In this document: positions 25,343-37,000 of the stretch, one piece after another
How positions within the stretch are numbered: position 1 is the first letter of the stretch
Layout: each line of letters starts with the position of its first letter
Assembly: GCA_043228905.1 (NCBI GenBank)
Contig: JBHGNT010000011.1
Span: 17,856,001 to 17,920,000, forward strand
Direction of reading: 5' to 3'
Source of the DNA: Azolla caroliniana
Taxonomy: Eukaryota > Plantae > Polypodiophyta
DNA length: 64,000 nucleotides
Translations under genes and position numbers: made by a program
The notes under the pieces: model-generated
Seen by the model: the letters and a program-made list of their open reading frames with translations, nothing else
Database searches by the model: none
Told to the model about the DNA's origin: nothing

Positions 25343-25354
25343 TAGGGTTTAGGG
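25341..25354 (+). repeat. (TTTAGGG)2 plant telomeric repeat at the duplication junction
   Basis: ...cacagtgtctg-TTTAGGGTTTAGGG-tggacattt... The repeat is absent from both parental loci (32161 tgtctgttgaagg; 14151 agtgtggacattt). Confidence 0.9.
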
Positions 25355-25811
25355 TGGACATTTATAATAAAGTATGCATGAACCAATATGAGAAATCTTC
25401 ATAGATATCCTTTTCAATGAGAGATTAAGAGATACATTATTCACAGAGATTTTATCAGCATTGTCAAACTATGAAAACTCCTTCAAAAGAATATAGGCAT
25501 TGATTTTCAGCCAAAAATGTGTTTTTTGTTGTAAGAAACAGTAAAGCAGAAAACCAGTCACACACAAAGGTCATATTTCAAGTTACTATGTATTTTCACT
25601 GTTTACAACTACAAATTCAGGAAATTTGAGACAACTTTATTATCAGCCATGTGCCTTTTCATGCATCATACTAATAATAAAATCCAGAAAAAAAAGAAGC
25701 AAAATCTCAGCATTGAATATATAAATTAATTTTAGGTGAAACAAATGGAGAGAGAAATCAAATTCACATGTAGAATGCATGTACTAGAGTTAAAGAATTA
25801 AAGGTATTTTT

Positions 25812-25886
25812 CTATCGTTCCAAGCTATATATTTGTATTATTTTTAAGTGTAACATTGTGTCAGCAAATAAAATGCAGACAATAAC

Positions 25887-25930
<44 letters not shown>

Positions 25931-27020
25931 TGAAGCTATGTAGATCCTTACAAGTATCCATTGGTTGGGTAGAGCTTTGAGATGTAACAGTTGACCTTGT
26001 GGACAAAGCACCAGCATCCTCTGCATCCTCTCCACTCTGTGTCCGCGACTCCAAGTTGAGCATCTTCAATGATATTTTCTTTAGGTAATCGTGCTATAAA
26101 GATTAAGAGCAAAAATAGGCAAAAAATTAATAATACCAATAATAAAACAAGAAAATGTGATGAATGTGGAGCAAACTTTATGTAGCTATACCTGATCAGT
26201 GGCAGCAAAGAATATTTTCTCCTCAAAATGAGCAGAAATTTTCAGAAGCTCAGTCATGCCATCTTGGCCAGAGAGGGGCAAATGCCTTTGCAACGTATCC
26301 ATTCTATGTGCACACATAATTTGAATTGCTTTCAAGAAAATATTGTCTCTCACAAATTATTTCTCACATTGGTTCACCTCACATGCATCGGTCAAGACAC
26401 ATGGCCTACACATAACACTTACACATGGCCTATTACATTGGTTCGTATGGCATTTCAGACAGTATTTACATTGTTGATCGCCCTTTTACATCTATTCTAA
26501 GCAAATAATAATAATGACAATCCCAATGCATCGCCGTTCCATATCTACTCTAAGAAAAAATAACAATGGGCAAGACCAATGCATCATTAGTTATATCTCC
26601 AAAAAGAACGAAGTTTTCTCAAGGAATTGTCCAGACATTTTTCATAATTCTGTTAAGTTATTAACCCGGCACACGCATACATGCACGCAATACTTAATCA
26701 GGTCAAGAATATTAGCAGAGACTAATTAGGCATGTATTCATCAGCCACGCAACACATACACACAATCACTCAACAGATCAAGTATAGTATACATGTCTTC
26801 TCCTCTCATTGCTTCGTGCATAATAACAATTACATCCATTTTTACGCGAGACAGAACAAACAAGAGAGGAACCCCTTTTCTTATGTAGAGAGAAGATCAA
26901 AAGATCATCATCAGAGGAACGCAACAGACAGATCAGAAGGAAGAATAGAAATAGTTACATCCTGTTGACGATCTTATGCCGTGAGTCCTGAGTGAGGGTG
27001 GATCTCCAGTTGCTGTCCAT
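25812..27020 (-). CDS. KIX-domain-only MED15 duplicate (exons 1-3), open reading frame; functional status unknown
   Basis: Exons 27020-26959, 26303-26192 and 26093-25951. If the exon 3 donor is not used, the frame reads through to a stop at 25812. The ATG, splice sites and frame are all intact. Changes versus the parent: HMP>HLP, IAAR>ISAH, GANAG>GEDAEDAG, STSS>STRS. Confidence 0.6.
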
Positions 27021-27112
27021 GGTATTTTCCTTCTCCTTCGGTCTCTGTATTCTTCTTTTTCTTCGGAGAACAGAGGAGCAGGAGGAGAGACAGAGGAGAA
27101 GAAGAAATCAAG

Positions 27113-27146
<34 letters not shown>

Positions 27147-27348
27147 TGTATGTATGTATACATGTATGTATGTATGTATGTATGTATGCACATGTATGTA
27201 TAACCCAAAAAGAGTGCATATAGTCAAAATGTCATGTTGAATTATATTCCCTTGGGCCTTCACACAAACATGGTTCCTCTGTGCCTGGTCATTCTGTCGG
27301 TCGTATTCTTGGACTCACACAAGACTCTCGACTCCTTTTATCACTTTC

Positions 27349-27930
27349 TTCGTTGGGAGACTAGGTAGGTATATCTTAGAGCTAAAACAACATAGGGAGA
27401 TATAAATTACAAAGTGTTAACGATAACCCTTTTAATATCCACCAACATGAAACTAATGTAATTTTTCAAGAACCAAGGGGAGACAATAAATGCGGACACA
27501 CCTACACCACTCGACCTCTCTCTTGATGAAGCGGAAATGCAAAGAACAACCAATTGCCCTCGGATGTTGGGCTTCAAAGCAAACTCGATGCGGAGTAGAA
27601 ATGCTTAAGAAGATAAGGGAACATGAGCTACGCCGCGTAGAAGCTATGGTTGGGGTACCTCTTACATTGGGACCACGGGTCACATCCACATCGAAACCCT
27701 TTGACCTCCCGCTTCTTTTTGAGAGACTTGGATGGAAATGAAACTAGGCCTTAGAGTATAAAGCCATTTCCTTATAGAACTTGTTTTTTTACTAAAACCA
27801 TTTAGCCTAAGCTCTATTTTGTTTTGTTTTGTTTTTATTTTTTCTTTCGATGAATGGGTAAATACTCCTTTTTTGTTGTAAACCAATTGTCTCATGAGCC
27901 GATTTTGGCCATAAGAAGACGTTAATATTT
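27349..27930. other. About 580-bp insertion in the upstream region of the KIX-only copy
   Basis: The flanks ttttatcactttc and ctcttttcgtccttcttctcttggaatactat are nearly contiguous at 16266-16318 in the parent but separated here. Confidence 0.65.
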
Positions 27931-28448
27931 CTTTCTTTCTCCCTCTTTTCGTCCTTCTTCTCTTGGAATACTATAGATCTGTTGCGTGTAGTTCAAAGTT
28001 ACAGTTTCTCTTGTATTCTTGGCCTTATATAAATGTAAATATATGCCAGACAATGTTGAGTTCTAATTTGTTGCATTGTTATTTCTGTGAATTCGGGTTG
28101 CGCTTGCTTGTTCACTTCTGATGTGATTTGATAATCGACTATATGAAGGACGACTATGAACAAAAACAAATATTATGTTGATAAACTGAGTGAACTTATG
28201 TGTGGTGACCACCCCACCCTCAAGCACCAAACACATTTATGAAGGTTGGTCCCACTCCATTGGAGATTGATGCAACACCTCATCAAGGGATATTGTTGAA
28301 CGTTGAAAAACAAATACGTCGAATAATTTGTTGATGTTTATATTTTGGTGGCCTAGTGTAAAGCCCTTGCCAAACGTAACACAACTCACAATGCATGAAG
28401 ACATTGGCACTAGCACAATGAACTTAATGTTTTTATGTCATGGCATCA

Positions 28449-28665
28449 TTACCTTTCTCCAAACAATGTATTGTATCTCAACTTCTGTGAGTACATTATG
28501 TGGGGATGAGTCAGCGGGTTTTGCAAAATACACATGATTCTTAAATAGCCAATGTTTCTCGATCTTAGCATCTATTAATTTTCATGGTATCATGAAAGTT
28601 CAAGTATAAGCTTACCAGATGAAACATTTGTCATTCCCAATTGGAATTGGACCGGATGAAACTTC
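28449..28665 (-). pseudogene. Old MED15 paralog fragment (exon 5, intron 4, end of exon 4) in copy B
   Basis: ttacctttctccaaacaatgt...cttctgtgagtacatt...gatgagtca...tatcatgaaagttca.gtataagcttaccagatgaaac aligns with 11970-12163. Confidence 0.85.
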
Positions 28666-30186
28666 TATATATCTTCTCTCAAATGTAAAAACATACATGA
28701 TGGCACAATCAATAATAGGCACATAGTCACGTTGAATTACTTTCCTTTCACATACACAAATGAAACAGAGTTATGAAGATTGGTCCCTCTCCAATGGCTT
28801 CTATTGGTATGTTGTGTTTGAATTGTGAGGATGACAATGGACATCATGCATGAAGCTTGACATAAGTTTTTCAAAACGAAGGATGAACATGATAGTTTCC
28901 CTAATTTTATGAGACAATGGCAAGCTATTTTGTTTATATCATATACATGGAAAACATGAAAGGGCTAATTAGAAATAAATATATGTATAAAGACGCGCGA
29001 TGTCTTTGGGACTTCCGTTGGTATGTGTCATGATAATATGTGTTGAAATAATGTCCTAAATTTTATGTGAATAATTCTCAAACAAATATCACACTCTTTG
29101 TATGTCAAAATTGGCAAACTATAAAATGGGGTGAAATGAAGGTAAGATTTTCAGAAAACCATCAAGGAATCTTAATTCAACATGCAAGGGTGACTATGAA
29201 ACAATAAAAATTAATAGTTGTTCCACGATAATTGTTTCGATAGACATGATAAAGCCAACTTTACGAACATGTGTCAAAGACACATTCTTTCTCATGCCTT
29301 GATAAGCATTCGTAGAGGTCTTTCTCTAGGATTTTACAAGGTACTCGCAAGGACGAGATTTTCAGTTGGGCAAGTGAGCTCTTGTGATTCAATGTGAACA
29401 TGTGTGGTAAAAGGAAATAGATTCTAGAAACACGTAAGTACCTTGAAACCACGAGTGACCTTCTATGCAATGATAGATGATATATCAAGATTCAAGACTA
29501 TATGATAGATTAATGCTTATTCAATGGTGTTGTTCCCTATTCCACAACATTGTTCTCTATACATGCACAAATTGTTCCAATTATTAGTGTGCAAATAAAA
29601 GTGATTACAATGGAATTAGGTTTGACGTCGTAAATAGATCTCAATTAATCCTTGATTGTAGAGTTTAATCCAAGCTCTATTATGTTTCAAATTCTTGGTG
29701 CAAGTTTTCGTTGAATATTTGTTCATCACTTATGCTTTGAAATGCTTTTTGAGGCCCCTTCTTCATTACATTGTCACTTCTAGTTCTTGTACCAGAAAAA
29801 GAGAAACAATCCAAAATAATAGTTTCTCTAGATAAATTGTTAGGGATTCTCAATTTTATTTACATGTTCCATTCTCCACATTATCATAGAATAATAGCTT
29901 TTTCTAAGTGTAATGACAAACAACAATGTTAGGTTCGAAGATGTATTTTCATGTTATATTGTCTGTTGTACAAACTAGTCCTACCATAACAAGAGAAAAC
30001 AACCTAGAATAATACAAAGAGACATTGTAGATTCAACATTATGTTGTGGCCCTAAGGGCATTGTTTTTTTCAACCAAAAGTCAACGTTTTCCATAGATAG
30101 TAATTATTCAATTTGTATTTTTCAATGACACATTTAAACGTCCAATCTTTAAAAACACATTTAATCGCGAGATCGGAACGAACCCG

Positions 30187-30539
30187 ATCAGAGATAGCTA
30201 GCTGGGACATGGCCATATATTCTAGATCAGATATCTTAGCGAGGACACGGTCATATATTGTAGATCAGATAACTTAGCTAGGACATGGCCATATATTCTT
30301 GATCAAGATAGCTTAGTTGGGACATGGCCATATATTGTAGATAAGATAGCTAAGCTGGGAAATGGCCATATATTGTAGATCAAATAGTTAAGCTGGGACA
30401 TGGCCATATATTCTATCGGTGGCGTATAGGACATGGCCATATATTCTCGATCAAGATAGCTTAGCTGGGACATGGCCATATATTGTAGATCAGATAGCTA
30501 AGCTGGGACATGGCCCATAAATTCTATGGGTGGCGTACC
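30187..30539. repeat. Minisatellite of about 9 units of 38-39 bp (GATCAGATAGCTAAGCTGGGACATGGCCATATATTGTA)
   Basis: Head-to-tail units are directly visible, with no spacers. The array lies just upstream of the putative first exon of SURNod19. Confidence 0.92.
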
Positions 30540-31551
30540 AACAAAAGACAAAATAAAAAGACGGTGCAACCGTCAACACAAGCACCACACACACACACAC
30601 ACACACACACTAGAAAGGCGGTCTCTCTCTCTGTCTCTCTGTCTCTCTCTCACACACACACATATCAAAGTAAGTACTAAGAGCTTTCAGTCCATTGGGT
30701 GGTTGGGTAACGCAATAAATCAGAATTTCTCCTCCTTTCTTCTTCCTTCATTGGTCATCATCGACTTCTTCTGCATCGGTTCTCAACTGGTAAGCAACTG
30801 TTTCCTCTGTTCTGGGGAGAGAGAGGGCTCTGCTTGCTATACATATATACATGTTTATATGTATGTACATATGCACACATATTATTTGACATTTGGATTG
30901 GTCAATGTCATTAACGGCGATGTCTCCCTAAACTTAAAACCCTAGTCCTCAGCTTATAAATATAAACACACAGATTTGTATAGTTCTATGTGAACCCTCA
31001 AGGTATATATGTACATATATGTATATGTGTATGTATGTATATGTGTGTCCATGGATCTGTATCTACCTATGTGTGTATCTATACTTCCAAATACGTATAT
31101 GCAGAGGTCTCTTTGCATTATGTATGATTGTATGATTGTATCAGTATGTATGTATGTACACATGCATGCATGTGCCTATATATATTTATTGTGTATATGA
31201 ATCTGAATAGCTGGTTTTACTGGGAGATCTACCTAAATATCTCTAATCATTCATGGCCACACAATGTTGTACGTATATATATCTGTATCGGTATGTAGCG
31301 TTTGTGTATGTACGTGTGCACCTATGTATATATACAACTTACAAGTATAACATAGATATATGTGTTATATATATATGTGTCTGGTTATATGTATGTGGTT
31401 GTATGTACACATGAGGATATCTATATATATTGTGTTTCAAATATATATATATATATATATATATATGGTTATGGTATATCTGCTTTTGTGAGTTAGATCT
31501 TCAAGTGGTGTGCATATCTGTATACATACAGGTTCCTTTGCCGCTCAAAGG

Positions 31552-33151
31552 ATGAAGTTATGGTTTCTTTCAGCTGCTATTCTTTCAGCAGCCATTGTGT
31601 TAGCTCAATCAGAAATCATTACAGAAAGTAATGAGGGGACGTTGAAATCAATAACGTTCAGGTATCCAACCTTCACATTAGGTCCAGGACAAGTCCAGAA
31701 CAAGTTCTATTATGGGATTCCATTTCCCAAAGGACACATTGCAATAAGAGAGTTCAATGCTGAGGTGATCTATGAAGATGGGAACCCAGTCCCATTAAGC
31801 GATGTTTATCTCCATCATTGGGTAGTTATGAATTATCGGAAAAATGTTACAAATGGCTTCAGCCTTCTTGGAAATGATGGGGTTTGTCCCAACAAGGTAC
31901 TTAGCCAATTATATGGCCTGGGTTCCGAGACACGCCACACAAACACGTCTTTACCAAGTCCATATGGTGTTGAAGTTGGAGTCTATGATGATGAGGCATG
32001 GCTCCTCAATCTTCATGCCATCGATACACGAGGTACTGTAGACCCATTAGGGTGCCTGGAATGTAGATGTGATCTCTACAATGTTACCATTGATGAGTAT
32101 GGTCGGGAAATAAGCGATGATTATCTTGGAGGTCTTTTATGTTGCTACGATGGCACACAGTGTCTGTTGAAGGACGGTTATGTTGAAGAAAATCAAACAA
32201 TGTATTTGCAATACACGGTTCATTATTTAGATTGGGATGACACAATTGTTCCTTTAAAGACCTACATAATGGATGTGACCTATGAAGGAACAAGTTGCCT
32301 GGTTAGTACATTATACACATCCGTTCTCTCTAAAGAGCATATATCTCAATCACCTAAGTTCCCTAACTTATTGGGTACTTAGCAGAATAGCATTAAGTTT
32401 TTAAACATTACCAGAATACCCTTTCGTAGTAATGATGTATAGGTGTTCTGGTAGGTCTTGAAAACACGATGATATTTTGGTAGATAACTCAAATTGTTTG
32501 AAATATTCTGATCCTTGCCTTTTTTCCCTTACATGGCGTGGACACTAGGTCAAATCGAAACATTTTATACTTCTGTTTTTCTCTTTGCTTTATTGTTCAT
32601 TTGCTAAAAGTTGTTTCATAGTACGGTAACTTTGTGATGTTATGTTCAGATTGAGTACAATATTCCAACTTGTGCTAGTGTTAATGATTCTGTCTGTATA
32701 CATACGCAACAATCAAGTATGGAGGTTCCAATTGGTGGGGATGTGATTTATGCAGTGGCTCACCAACACGCCGGTGGAATTGGGGCAGCAATTTATGGCC
32801 AAGTAAGTTAAAAGCAACTTTGCTTTCACTAATGTTACTTTAGGTGCATTCTAATATAGACTTAAAATGTTTTTTGTATTCGGTGTGTATGTATTGATAA
32901 CAACTTTGTAGGATGGACGAGAGATATGTAAATCTACCCCGCTCTATGGAATTGGAAGTGAAGCTGGAAATGAGACCGGTTATATTGTTGGGATGACAAC
33001 TTGCTACCCGGAGCTTGGGTCGGTTCAAGTTTTGAGTGGGGAGACCCTTCATGTACATTCAAATTATAGCACAACGACAAGTCACACAGGGGTCATGGGG
33101 TTAGCTTACATTGCTGTCTCTCCTGAATCTCAATCTGGTGTTAGAATGTGA
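31552..33151 (+). CDS. Stress up-regulated Nod19 (SURNod19) family secreted protein, 3 coding exons
   Basis: Exons 31552-32301, 32650-32802, 32912-33151, plus a probable 5'UTR intron at 30790-31531. Signal peptide MKLWFLSAAILSAAIVLAQ. Motifs: FPKGHIAIREFNAEV, PVPLSDVYLHHW, GLGSETRHT, LNLHAIDTRG, GCLECRCDLYNVT, GGLLCCYDGTQC, AVAHQHAGG, AGNETGYIVGMTTCYP, HTGVMG. Confidence 0.93.
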
Positions 33152-33884
33152 AGACAATTCGCAAAAAGTACATCTGTTCTTTGAACATGAATATGATCTG
33201 GCAAAAGTACATCTGGTTCTCAAGTGTGGAAATGATTCTGAAAAATAAATAATCACATTAGAAAGTAGCCGAACAGCTTGAAAATGTATGGTTTTCCAAA
33301 TGTGAATGGCAAGTATTTACTCATATACCACGCATTGTAACTGAGAACCTGGGCTTGGAATCTGGAAATTTATATATAACCAATATGTTTGACCAATGCA
33401 ACTTATAGTTACAGGCAAGTATCTTGTCTCTCTTAAAGATATCATATGCTTGTAATTAAAAGGTGATCCTTAAACTTAAAACAAGGCTTGTTCTTTAGAT
33501 TGCACATTTACGCATCAAGAAAGTGAGCTAAACTATGTAATGATCGGGTTATTCTAGAAAAAATGGGTAAATGACTTGTTAAATGTTAACAGCATTTATT
33601 TCCATTTCTAGAAGCTGCATAGTGCTTTATCTGCATCCTTTGCAGAGAGAATTGGCAAAGCAATACAATGAATCCAAATTGAATCATAACCGCATAGTCT
33701 TGTGAGCCAATTCGATGAAAATATCTCACCTCATGTCATCATTAGTGTGAGCCACTATATTTGCGAGCCACCAATTTTATTACATTTCATGATTTCAGTG
33801 AGTTATTGCTGTTTTTAGAGCGTTCACTTTCTTCCTTTCTACTTGAACACTGGTAGTCTTCCATCATTCTCCATACAATTTGGT

Positions 33885-34066
33885 GTTATCAAGCTTGTGC
33901 TTGAAACCATTGTCAAGACCAATCATATTATCTCTTGGTCTGCAAACTATTGGTGCCCCATAATAAGTCTTCTTGTTATCAAGCATGTGCTTGAAATCAT
34001 TGTCAAGGACAAACATATCATTTCTTGGTCTACAAACTATTGGTATGACTTAATAAGTTTTCTTGT
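33885..34066. repeat. Two-copy tandem repeat, unit about 90 bp, in degenerate transposon-like DNA
   Basis: gttatcaagc(t/a)tgtgcttgaaa(c/t)cattgtcaag...cttggtct(g/a)caaactattggt...taataagt.ttctt occurs twice. Confidence 0.8.
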
Positions 34067-37000
34067 AATGTTGTTGGTTAACTTATGAGTTGAGACCAAT
34101 TGGGCGTGCCTTTTATGTGGTTTCGTCTAGTCCATTTAAGATGTTGACACTGAAATGAAGTCAAAGGTAGGTATTAGAGGAGCTCTAGTATTGGTAACTA
34201 TAGGTTCTATTAGAGTTCCCAATCACATGCTTTGATACCAACATTAAACAAGCAAAAAGTAGGCATGATCCATGCCCTTCCTAACATAGACTTCCATATT
34301 GTTGTAAACCTTTTAGGGTTCCCCCCACACATGTGCTTTCACCCACATGCCTTAATACCAATGTTAAATTGCCAAAAATGCAAATGAGATTAGTGTCCTT
34401 GTAAACAAACATCTATATGCCTTAGTATAGCATATACCCTAATACCAATAGTAGAGTAGCCCTAGTTTTTTGGCACACTAAAGTTAGCATTGCCACAACA
34501 ACTAGAAATGTAAAGGTAAGTGAAAACCTGATAGTAGATAAAATTGACAGGGAACATAAAAATTAAATTAAATTCTATCATATAATCAACAAGACAACCT
34601 TAAATTGAAATTGAAAAACCCACAATCCTCCTCTTTGCATACAATCTTGACAAGGAACCACTACTATTTTGACAATTGAGTTGTTCACCTCTTACGAAAA
34701 AGTTGGTCAACATACCAATTAGGTCATTCTTCTAAAGACAATACTCAAATTTGATTCCATTTGTATGAACTTTTTCTCTCATAAAGTTGTACACAATATT
34801 AATGCGCCTGACCTTTGGATCGGATATGCATGAGTCCTTGTGATCAAAATACATAGGTATTGGTGGTAGTTGGTTGATTGTGTGTATATCTCATCATTTA
34901 CATTGGAAAATGATAAATTTCAATCTTGTACTCTCATTTATTTAGTTAGGCAAGCTTGGGAAAAAGTTTGTTGGTAACTTAACAAAGAGATACACTTTGT
35001 GGTAAACATAAAAGTATGCCTTGAAATTAATATTCTATCACTCACACCTCGTACCCAATCAACATCGGAAGAAACATCATCTCCATCATAAGTAGTTACT
35101 TCTTAATAAACCGGTATTTGAAGGGCATTTTACCTCTAGTTTAGGATATGACATAGTATAAGTTAGATCCAATAATACACCAAAACAATCTCTAGAGACC
35201 CATTTATTGGCTTTGTAGGCTACTTCTTGTGTTCCATTATTCTTCAAATGAACACTTTTTAACATAACACCAGAAAACAACTGAGAATAATATAAAGAGG
35301 CCTTGTAGTTTAAACCACCTATTGTGACCCTAGGGACATTGTTTTTTCATCCATATCCATTCAAAGTTAGAGTTTTCCATAAATCCTATCTATTATGATT
35401 TTCATTTCTATTGCATCTCATTACAACATCTAATATAGACAAACGTGGTCTACCTAGGGTTGGTGTCCACATCTTTATTGTTTTTTGTGGATATTATTGT
35501 GTAATGTTTTTTCTACGAATGCGTAAATAAATATTATCTATGATTGTTTTATATCCACATCTTTATTGTTTGGTTGACACATCTTTTGTTGCACACCAAG
35601 TTGTTTCATCGATTATGTGGGTTGTTTCCATTGCTTACTAAGTAGCTTGCTTGTATCATTGTAATGCAAATAGTGACCATGTTACGGGTATCCCAAGAGG
35701 AGCTAAAATGCAATGATTTATAATCACGTTAAAAGGATAGAAGTAGTGTAGATTATTATAAATAAATTGTGATCATTAAAATGCGATATCTTTCAATAAT
35801 ATCAGGATTCAGAATGTATAGATACACGATTATAAGGACATCCCAAGAGAAGCCAAACAAATATATTTTCTAATACAATAACAAATAATATTATTATTAT
35901 TCCAAAAAAAACACTACTTCGCATTAGTTAGCAAACAAAGTACATCATAGACCACCAAAATTTCAGCAACCCTCACTCTGGCCTCTCACCAAAGTGGTCA
36001 TAGTCCCCACCTCATTTTCAACCAAAGTATCCCAACAACTCCTATAACCTAGTAATTAACTTGTACCATATCTATACATATTTACAACACTGGGTCACTA
36101 ATGGAAGCCATTGGCGGAAACAACCATCGGGGGGGGGGGGGGGGGGGGTGCTTGGTATGAAACCATCGCAGGTTCGTCTTACTCTGATCATAACAAATAT
36201 TATTGCATGAGATCTCATGAACAAAATAAAATAGTTTTGTTTTTTGGAAAAAGAAAATAAAAGTTTTGAACAACTTTTTAGTGTAACATGCACATGTAAA
36301 GATGATGGATCATGGTCACTTTGTTGTATAGCCATTACAATGTTGAGCAATAAATGTACCTTGTGATTTATTAACGCATACAAATTGGGTATGATGAATC
36401 ATGTTTGCATTTCTTGAAGAACAACTTTATCTACTTTTCTAATGATACTCAATACATGAATAATGTAAAGTTTAAACTACACTTGTAGTAGCCATCACAG
36501 TTTCACTATGCATATGTACTTTATATGTTGAAACACGAGGCCTATCGATGAGTATCCATTAGAGAAGTGTTGATACGTTTTTATGTTTCTAGTGGTGCAA
36601 CTTTGTTTTTTAGCACAAATCAAAGGCAATAGTGTTTGGATCCTAATAATCCATTCATTGACAATTTCTATGTGATCTCCTTGGAAAATGGCAAACTATT
36701 ATGAGTGTGTTTCTTTTTCAACTTCCAATACATACATATAATTCTTCGTAATTGAAAATTTCTATGTGATCTTAAGCTAATGTGAGAATAAATGCTTTTT
36801 GAACTTCCAATATATACATACTTATAACAAGTGGAATAAAATAGTATTGAAACATCAAGAAAATATGCCATGCAAATCTTTGTGTTGTTATGTATGACTA
36901 TGGATGTCTTTCTCAATGATGAGCTAAACACCAACATTATTTACCGAGCAACAATTGAATGGTAGTTTGATGATAATGAAGGTACAATGTAGCTAGGTTT

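Larger units (their letters stand above)
25354..32168. repeat. Tandem segmental duplication, copy B
   Basis: Same block order and orientation as copy A. It starts at gtggacattt (matching 14154) and ends at cacagtgtctgtt (matching 25342). Confidence 0.9.

Noticed and set aside
30187-30539. CRISPR-like appearance of the 38-39-bp repeats
   Set aside because: The units are head-to-tail without unique spacers, the context is eukaryotic and there are no cas genes.
14154-32168. Possibility that the duplication is an uncollapsed-haplotype assembly artefact
   Set aside because: The copies differ by many substitutions, large indels and disabling mutations, and they are joined by novel junction sequence, which is more consistent with a real duplication. 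Read-level confirmation is still advisable.
34228-34240. tgctttgatacca (reverse complement TGGTATCAAAGCA), resembling a tRNA-Met primer-binding site
   Set aside because: There is no adjacent LTR end (CA) and no recognisable gag/pol sequence. Degenerate variants recur nearby, so an element cannot be delimited.
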